This document shows, one piece after another, positions 25,691-31,576 of a DNA stretch of 31,576 nucleotides. Position numbers and translations under genes: made by a program. Source of the DNA: an uncultured Bacilli bacterium. GTDB lineage: Bacteria > Bacillota_I > Bacilli_A > RF39 > UBA660. Location: positions 1-31,576 of the forward strand of contig CALVJU010000049.1 in the NCBI GenBank assembly GCA_944332375.1, given 5' to 3'. A model generated the notes under the pieces. The model was not told where the DNA came from and did not search any database. It worked only from the letters and a program-made list of their open reading frames with translations. The first letter of the stretch is position 1. Each line of letters opens with the position of its first letter.

Positions 25691-26980
25691 ATGAAATTCA
25701 CAGAATTATCAGAAAAAGAATTTACTACATTTGAAACCGATCATCCCTATGGAAGTTTTTATCAAACCGTCGGTTGGGGAAAATTAAAACAGAGAAATGG
25801 ATGGAAATATTATTTAGTTGGATTGAAAGACCAAGACGAGATTGTTGCTGGAGCTTTATTATTAGAAAAAAAATTGCCTTGTAACTTTTCATTTATCTAT
25901 TCACCACGTGGCTTTTTAATCGACTATGCAAATAAAGAATTATTAAAAACATTTACTGATGAAATCAAGAAGTTTGTGAAAAAAGAAGGCGCTATCTTTG
26001 TAAAGATCGATCCCTATGTTCCACTTAGAGAACGAGATCTTGATGGTAATATTGTAGAAGGTGGCTTCCATCATGAAGATATGATTGAAAATTTAAAAAA
26101 TCTCGGTTATCGCTATCAAGGAGAAAATTTAAACATGGAAGATTTACAACCTCGTTTTGCATTCGCTCTTGATTTAGAGGGAAAAACCATTGATGAGATC
26201 ATGAAAGGTATGGAATCTAAAACAAGACAGTTAATTCATAAAAATGAGAAAAACGGAATTATTACAAGAGAAATAACAATCGACGAAGTAGATAAATTCA
26301 AAGAAGCAATGCAACATACTGCCGATCGTAGGGGATTTATCGATCGTCCACTCAGTTATTATCGTCATATGTTAGAAGACTTAAAAGACGGTGCGAAAAT
26401 TATTTTGGCAGAGATTGATTTAGAAGATTACCGAGAAAAAGTAAAAAAAGAAATTGAAACTTCTGAAAATACAATCAAAGAAAAAGAAGCTGCACTAAAA
26501 GATCCAAACAAGAAAATCAATCCTGATAAAACAAAAAAGAAAATAGAACAAGAACAAGCGAACGTGAAAAGACTGACAAAAAAATTGGAAGAAGCTCAAG
26601 AATTATATCAGAAACATGGTAAAGTCTTAACGCTTGGTGGAATTATATTTATGATACACGGTAGCGAGATTCTATCTTTGTTTGGTGGATCTTACGAAGA
26701 ATATAAAGATTTCTTAAGTCCATATTCGACCTATTTTCACATGATCAAGTATGGGGTTGAACATGGCTATAAAAAATATAACTTTTATGGAATTAGTGGA
26801 GATTTTGCCAATAAGAAAAGTGAATTATATGGTTTATATGATTTAAAACGCGGATTTGGTGGACATGTCGAAGAATATTTAGGTGAATTCGATCTTGTAA
26901 TCAAACCATTTATGTATCATGTATATCATATTGCATTCGCACTCTATGGAAAAATAAAGAAACTTAGAAAGAAGGGATAA
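25691..26980 (+). CDS. FemABX-family peptidoglycan bridge aminoacyltransferase 1
   Basis: YSPRG, KIDP, QPRF, coiled-coil insert, YNFYGISG, KRGFGG. Confidence 0.95.
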   Translation: MKFTELSEKEFTTFETDHPYGSFYQTVGWGKLKQRNGWKYYLVGLKDQDEIVAGALLLEKKLPCNFSFIYSPRGFLIDYANKELLKTFTDEIKKFVKKEGAIFVKIDPYVPLRERDLDGNIVEGGFHHEDMIENLKNLGYRYQGENLNMEDLQPRFAFALDLEGKTIDEIMKGMESKTRQLIHKNEKNGIITREITIDEVDKFKEAMQHTADRRGFIDRPLSYYRHMLEDLKDGAKIILAEIDLEDYREKVKKEIETSENTIKEKEAALKDPNKKINPDKTKKKIEQEQANVKRLTKKLEEAQELYQKHGKVLTLGGIIFMIHGSEILSLFGGSYEEYKDFLSPYSTYFHMIKYGVEHGYKKYNFYGISGDFANKKSELYGLYDLKRGFGGHVEEYLGEFDLVIKPFMYHVYHIAFALYGKIKKLRKKG

Positions 26981-26981
26981 T

Positions 26982-28226
26982 GTGCAGTTTTGTGAATTAT
27001 CAAAAGAAGAATTTCGTAAGTTTTTAGAGAAACATCCACTCCAAAGCTTTTTACAAACACCAGAAATTGGCGAATTGCGAAAAAAAAGCGGATGGACAGT
27101 TGATTTTGTAGGAGTAAAGAAGAAAAGTAAAATTATTGGAGCAACTATGTTAGTTGGTCAAAAAAACTTTATGAACTCATATGAATTTTACACATCAAGA
27201 GGACCACTTTTAGACTATGATAATACGGAACTTGTTTCCTTCTTTTTTCAAAACCTTATTCAATACGTTCAAAAAAAGAATGGATATATCTTAAGAATTG
27301 ATCCCTATTTAATTTATCACCAAAGAGATATTGATGGAAATATTGTAGAACATGGAGTAAATCATGAAAACGTCGTCCGACAATTAAAAAGCATAGGATT
27401 TAAAAGAAGAGAAAGCACAGAACAAGTTCGTTACATGTTTTCTATTGATCTGGGAAAAAGTAATCAAGAAATCTTTCAATCTTTTCGTTCTAATGTGAGA
27501 AATTATATCCGAAAAACAGAAAAAATAGGAATTGTTGTGAGAGAACTTACTAAAAGCGAGTTACCAGCTTTAAAGAAAATTATCGATGATACTGGAAAAA
27601 GAAAAGGATTTGCTTCTAAATCACTTACCTATTATGAAAATATGTATAATTTATTTCACGACCGTGGAGAAATTCGATATTTAATTGCTTCTATCTATCT
27701 TGATGATTATTTAGATAAATTAAAGAATGAACTAAAGGAATATGAGAAAAAACTAGAGGAAACAGAAGACGTACATTCGAAACAAGGTGTTCGTAAGTCA
27801 TTGACCATTAACATTGAAAACACAAAAAAAAGAATGAAAGAAACAGAGGAACTAATCGAAAAGAAAGGAACACAGCTTGACTTATCGGCGGCAATGTTTA
27901 TGATGACAGGGCATGAGGTCATTTATTTATTTAGTGGAAACTATGATGAATATATGAAATTTAATGCACAGTATGCTATCCAATGGAACATGATTCAGTA
28001 TGCGAATAATCATGGCTTTGATAAATATAATTTCTACGGAATTAGTGGAAACTTTGACGAACATGATTCTGAATATGGAGTATATGAGTTTAAAAGAGGA
28101 TTTTCCGGTTATGTTGAAGAATTGATTGGAGAATTTCAAATTCCTATCGATACAAAAAAATATATGATCTTTAATATCTTAAACAATACGAAAAAGTTTA
28201 TCAAAAGATGTATTGGGAGGGAATAA
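26982..28226 (+). CDS. FemABX-family aminoacyltransferase 2
   Basis: FLQT, TSRGP, RIDP, coiled-coil insert, YNFYGISG, FKRGF; GTG start. Confidence 0.95.
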   Translation: MQFCELSKEEFRKFLEKHPLQSFLQTPEIGELRKKSGWTVDFVGVKKKSKIIGATMLVGQKNFMNSYEFYTSRGPLLDYDNTELVSFFFQNLIQYVQKKNGYILRIDPYLIYHQRDIDGNIVEHGVNHENVVRQLKSIGFKRRESTEQVRYMFSIDLGKSNQEIFQSFRSNVRNYIRKTEKIGIVVRELTKSELPALKKIIDDTGKRKGFASKSLTYYENMYNLFHDRGEIRYLIASIYLDDYLDKLKNELKEYEKKLEETEDVHSKQGVRKSLTINIENTKKRMKETEELIEKKGTQLDLSAAMFMMTGHEVIYLFSGNYDEYMKFNAQYAIQWNMIQYANNHGFDKYNFYGISGNFDEHDSEYGVYEFKRGFSGYVEELIGEFQIPIDTKKYMIFNILNNTKKFIKRCIGRE

Positions 28227-28228
28227 CA

Positions 28229-29452
28229 ATGAAGTATGAATTGAAAACAGAACTATCACATAAAGAATATGAACAATTTACCAAAAAAGCAGATGTTTTA
28301 TCCTTTATGCAAGAATATCAATGGGCCAATGTAAAAGATGGTTGGAAACATTTTCACTGTGGATTATATCGCGATCAAGAATTGGTTGCGACTGCACTTG
28401 TTCTTTTGAGAAATCTCCCTCTTGGAATTAAACTCATGTATATCCCAAGAGGCATGTTAATTGATTATGAAGACAAAGAACTCTTGCAAGTATTAACAGA
28501 ACATTTAAAAGAGTTAGCAAAAAAAGAACATGCTTATGTTTTGAAAATAGATCCTAATTTTTGTTATCGTGAATATTCAATTAAGGAAGTAGAAAAAAAT
28601 GAAACTGTAGAAATTCCAAAGAATTATTCTGAAAATTACCAAAAGAAACACCAAAATTTATTAGATTGTGGTTTTCGTTTTAAAGGATATACAAAAACCA
28701 TTCAAGAAACATTACAACCTCGATATCATATGTATATTCCTCTAATTAATTCTGAAAATGAATTCTTAACAGAACAAGAAGTAAAAACAAGTTTTAAAAA
28801 AAGAATACGAAGTTATATTGGAAATTATCACGAAAAACGTGGAGTACGCTATTTTCACACAACAGACCCAAAATATTTAGATATGTTCATGGAAGTCATT
28901 AACCAGACAGAAAAAAGACAGAACATCCATTTACGTAATAAAGAATATTTTCAAAAAATGATGAAAGAATATCAAGGAGAATCTTATTTGTTTTTCGGGA
29001 TGCTAAACTTAGAGACTTATCTATCCTTCTTAAAAGAAAATCAGGGAAAAGAAGAGGAAATTCGTGAAGTAGAAGCACTTTTAAAACAAGGAAAAACAGA
29101 AATTCCATTGTCCACTGCTTTTGTCTTAATTCCTGAAAACGAAGGACTTAGAACAAGTGAGTATTTATATGCAGGAAATCATCTACTCTTTACCAAATTG
29201 AATGTCTCTGTTGGTTTGGTATATGAGATTTGTAAATTCTCATTAAAAAAGAAATGCTCCTATTGCAATTTGGGTGGAATTGATGGAACTTTTGACGATC
29301 ATTTAACACCATTTAAGTCTAGGTTTAATGCAATTGTATTTGAATTTGCTGGAGAATATGATCTGATTATTCAAAATATACGCTATCACTTATATGAATT
29401 TGGAATGCCTATTTTGAAAAAAATATATCGTTTTCTGCGTAGAAAAAAGTAA
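28229..29452 (+). CDS. FemABX-family aminoacyltransferase 3 (MurM-like)
   Basis: YIPRG, KIDP, LQPRY, NLGGIDG, FKSRF; start moved to 28229 after GGGAGG. Confidence 0.93.
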   Translation: MKYELKTELSHKEYEQFTKKADVLSFMQEYQWANVKDGWKHFHCGLYRDQELVATALVLLRNLPLGIKLMYIPRGMLIDYEDKELLQVLTEHLKELAKKEHAYVLKIDPNFCYREYSIKEVEKNETVEIPKNYSENYQKKHQNLLDCGFRFKGYTKTIQETLQPRYHMYIPLINSENEFLTEQEVKTSFKKRIRSYIGNYHEKRGVRYFHTTDPKYLDMFMEVINQTEKRQNIHLRNKEYFQKMMKEYQGESYLFFGMLNLETYLSFLKENQGKEEEIREVEALLKQGKTEIPLSTAFVLIPENEGLRTSEYLYAGNHLLFTKLNVSVGLVYEICKFSLKKKCSYCNLGGIDGTFDDHLTPFKSRFNAIVFEFAGEYDLIIQNIRYHLYEFGMPILKKIYRFLRRKK

Positions 29453-29504
29453 ATAGGTGGAAAAAGAGTTCTATTTTTGGTAAAATGTAATTGGTGATAT
29501 ACCT

Positions 29505-30653
29505 ATGAACTATGAAATTATAAGGCGTGTGTTCCTGATCTTTGGAACAACATTCTTATTCTCACTTTGTATTACGCCAGTAGTAAAAAAAATTGCAAAA
29601 CATGTCGGAGCATTAGATATTCCAAATAAAAGAAAAGTGCATAAAGTACCAATGCCTCGATTAGGTGGACTTTCTATCTTTTTTGGATTTTTACTAGGTT
29701 ATATGTTATTTGGAGAACAAAGTATTGTCATGAATTCCGTTTTAATCGCCAGCTTTGTCGTAATTATTATCGGAGTATTTGATGATATTAAACCACTCCC
29801 CGCGTCGATCAAGTTTATTGGACAATTCATTGCAGCGTGTATTATTGTATTTTATGGAAATATCGTATTACAAGACGTAAGTGCCTTTGGAATTTATATC
29901 GATTTTGGAGTCTTTGCTATTCCATTTACATTATTTTTTATCTTAGGTTGTATTAACTGTATGAATTTAATTGATGGATTAGATGGATTAGCAGCAGGAA
30001 TTTCAAGTATTTATTTCGCAACAATTGGAATTATTGCGATTATGCAAGGGAAATTCGGACTTGATTTTATATTAACGTTTATAATGTTAGGATCTACGAT
30101 GGGATTTCTCGTTCATAACTTTAATCCAGCCACGATTTTCATGGGGGATAGTGGATCCATGTTTTTGGGATTGATCATATCCGTAATTGCTCTATTAGGA
30201 TTTAAAAACGTCACAATGACTTCGTTTATCATTCCACTATTATTACTTGCTATTCCAATCTTAGATACAATTTTTGCTATTATCAGAAGAACATTAAAAG
30301 GTGAAAAAATCTCAACACCGGATAAATATCATATTCATCATCAACTACTAAAACGTAATTTAACACAACGACAAACAGTGATTGCCATTTATATTATGAA
30401 CATTCTATTCGCATTCGCATCGATTGTCTATGTCCTAAAAGATCCTGAGTTAGGATATATCATTTATGGAGTCTTATTGGTCATTGTACTTGTGTTTATT
30501 GTGAAAACAGATGTTATCTATGATAGTTCCAATATTAGGAAAAAATTTAAAAAGAAAATCTTAAAAATAGAAGATCAAGAAGAAGAAAAGAAAAAGAAGA
30601 GTAAGAATAAAGATAAAACGAAGAAGACAAAGAAGAACAAAAAGAAAAAATAG
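29505..30653 (+). CDS. tagO: TagO/WecA-type undecaprenyl-phosphate HexNAc-1-phosphate transferase (MraY family)
   Basis: DIPNKRKVH..PMPRLGG, GVFDD, NLIDGLDGL, NFNPATIFMGDSG, PDKYHIHH. Confidence 0.92.
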   Translation: MNYEIIRRVFLIFGTTFLFSLCITPVVKKIAKHVGALDIPNKRKVHKVPMPRLGGLSIFFGFLLGYMLFGEQSIVMNSVLIASFVVIIIGVFDDIKPLPASIKFIGQFIAACIIVFYGNIVLQDVSAFGIYIDFGVFAIPFTLFFILGCINCMNLIDGLDGLAAGISSIYFATIGIIAIMQGKFGLDFILTFIMLGSTMGFLVHNFNPATIFMGDSGSMFLGLIISVIALLGFKNVTMTSFIIPLLLLAIPILDTIFAIIRRTLKGEKISTPDKYHIHHQLLKRNLTQRQTVIAIYIMNILFAFASIVYVLKDPELGYIIYGVLLVIVLVFIVKTDVIYDSSNIRKKFKKKILKIEDQEEEKKKKSKNKDKTKKTKKNKKKK

Positions 30654-30664
30654 TTCTTCTTTTT

Positions 30665-30693
30665 GATTATATTTTAAAAAAAGTTTCATACTA
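30665..30693 (+). promoter_or_regulatory. Putative sporulation-sigma promoter of the DUF421 gene
   Basis: CATACTA -10 (30687-30693) with GATTA 17 nt upstream. Confidence 0.45.
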
Positions 30694-30710
30694 AAAAAGG
30701 TGAATAAGAT

Positions 30711-31448
30711 ATGATTGAAAGAATATTTCAGACCAATTGGATGGAACTTTTTGATGTAACTTTACGTGCTATATTATCATTAATTACTCTTTTTCTAATT
30801 ACGAAAATGTTAGGCAAAAAGCAAGTATCCCAACTGAGTCTATTTGATTACGTTATTGGTATCAGTATTGGAAACTTTGCGGCAGAAATGACTATTAATT
30901 TAGAGTCGGATTATTTACATGGTATTCTAGCAGTTGTCATATTTGGCATTGTTGCTTACCTAGTCAGTATCTTAACAATGAAAAGTATTCATTTAAGACG
31001 GTATTTTATGGGGACTCCTACTTTGTTAATTCAAGACGGAAAATTGTTGGAACAAAATATGAAGAAAGTCAAGTATGATGTGAATGACTTATTAGAACAA
31101 TGTAGAACAAATGGTTATTTTGACTTAAGCGAAATTAAATATGCCTTAATGGAAGCAAATGGAACATTGAGTATATTACCGTTTGAAACAGAAAGACCAT
31201 TAAAAGTAAAAGACATGAAAATAAAACCGAAAAAGGAAGGATTATGTGCCAATGTAATTATAGATGGAAAAGTTATGCCCAATAATTTAAAAAATTGTAA
31301 TAAGGATGAAACATGGTTAAAAAAAGAATTAAAAATAAAAGGATATACAGATCTACAACAAATTTTATTGGCTACTGTAGATGTGAATGAAAAATTACAA
31401 GTTTATGAAAGAAATTTAGAGGAAACATCGAAAGATGTATTAGAATAA
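30711..31448 (+). CDS. DUF421/YetF-family membrane protein
   Basis: KMLGKKQVSQLSLFDY..GISIG, GTPTLLIQDGK, LR/CR..GYF...EIKYA.MEANG.LS. Confidence 0.93.
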   Translation: MIERIFQTNWMELFDVTLRAILSLITLFLITKMLGKKQVSQLSLFDYVIGISIGNFAAEMTINLESDYLHGILAVVIFGIVAYLVSILTMKSIHLRRYFMGTPTLLIQDGKLLEQNMKKVKYDVNDLLEQCRTNGYFDLSEIKYALMEANGTLSILPFETERPLKVKDMKIKPKKEGLCANVIIDGKVMPNNLKNCNKDETWLKKELKIKGYTDLQQILLATVDVNEKLQVYERNLEETSKDVLE

Positions 31449-31576
31449 CGTAACTATTCAGACTGTGAAAAAAATAAAGTGTAAAAAGTAGTGTCAATGA
31501 TGCTGCTTTTTTCGGTTATATATGAGAAAATAATAGTAGTTAAGGATAGTGGTATAAATGATGAAAGTGACAAATG

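Noticed and set aside
26020-27350. Near-identical stretches GAGATCTTGATGGTAATATTGTAGAA and GAGATATTGATGGAAATATTGTAGAA
   Set aside because: Explained by paralogy of fem genes 1 and 2 (RDxDGNIVE), not a DNA repeat element
214-29108. Short antisense or nested ORFs in the track (e.g. 214-402, 2731-3021, 5392-5643, 10966-11325, 15895-16197, 23803-24087, 24954-25220, 27707-27922, 28899-29108)
   Set aside because: They overlap well-supported genes on the other strand or frame and show no RBS or recognisable motifs
31558-31576. Possible gene start ATGATGAAAGTGACAAATG at the window end
   Set aside because: Only six codons are visible, so it cannot be supported or assigned
1-31576. tRNA, rRNA, CRISPR array, integron attC, transposase, integrase, intein
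   Set aside because: None was recognisable on either strand by manual reading

Overview
This is a low-GC Firmicutes (Bacilli-type) chromosomal segment, standard genetic code, with about 37 CDS that are mostly core genes in a compressed Bacillus-like order. The plus strand carries the end of an AT-rich ABC island, then uvrB, yvlD-lgt-trxB, yvcK-whiA, a HIT gene, an orphan, DHH-rplI-dnaB helicase, LysM/G5/M23-walJ-rlmH, spoIIR, mntP-like, fba-murA, SGNH, BI-1, rpmE and a second orphan. The minus strand carries an orphan, rpiB-ywzB, spoIID-spoIIQ, spoIIID, mbl and mazG-like. The plus strand then resumes with three femABX, tagO-like and DUF421. The reduced gene order, retained sporulation genes and interspersed orphans suggest a streamlined uncultured Bacilli lineage such as RF39 (inference only). 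I found no tRNA, rRNA, CRISPR array, integrase or transposase. Main points of interest: (1) signalling genes are missing from their usual loci (hprK, rapZ, crh, walRK/yycHI, rho, GdpP sensor domains) while an endospore engulfment module is kept; (2) hairpins at spoIIR and the mntP-like gene could silence read-through transcripts; (3) spoIID looks leaderless; (4) a HIT cassette appears to split a small whiA-coupled gene; (5) there is an SGNH pseudo-enzyme; (6) three orphans share a basic C-terminal motif. Several starts were moved from the ORF track to the codon that has a ribosome-binding site.
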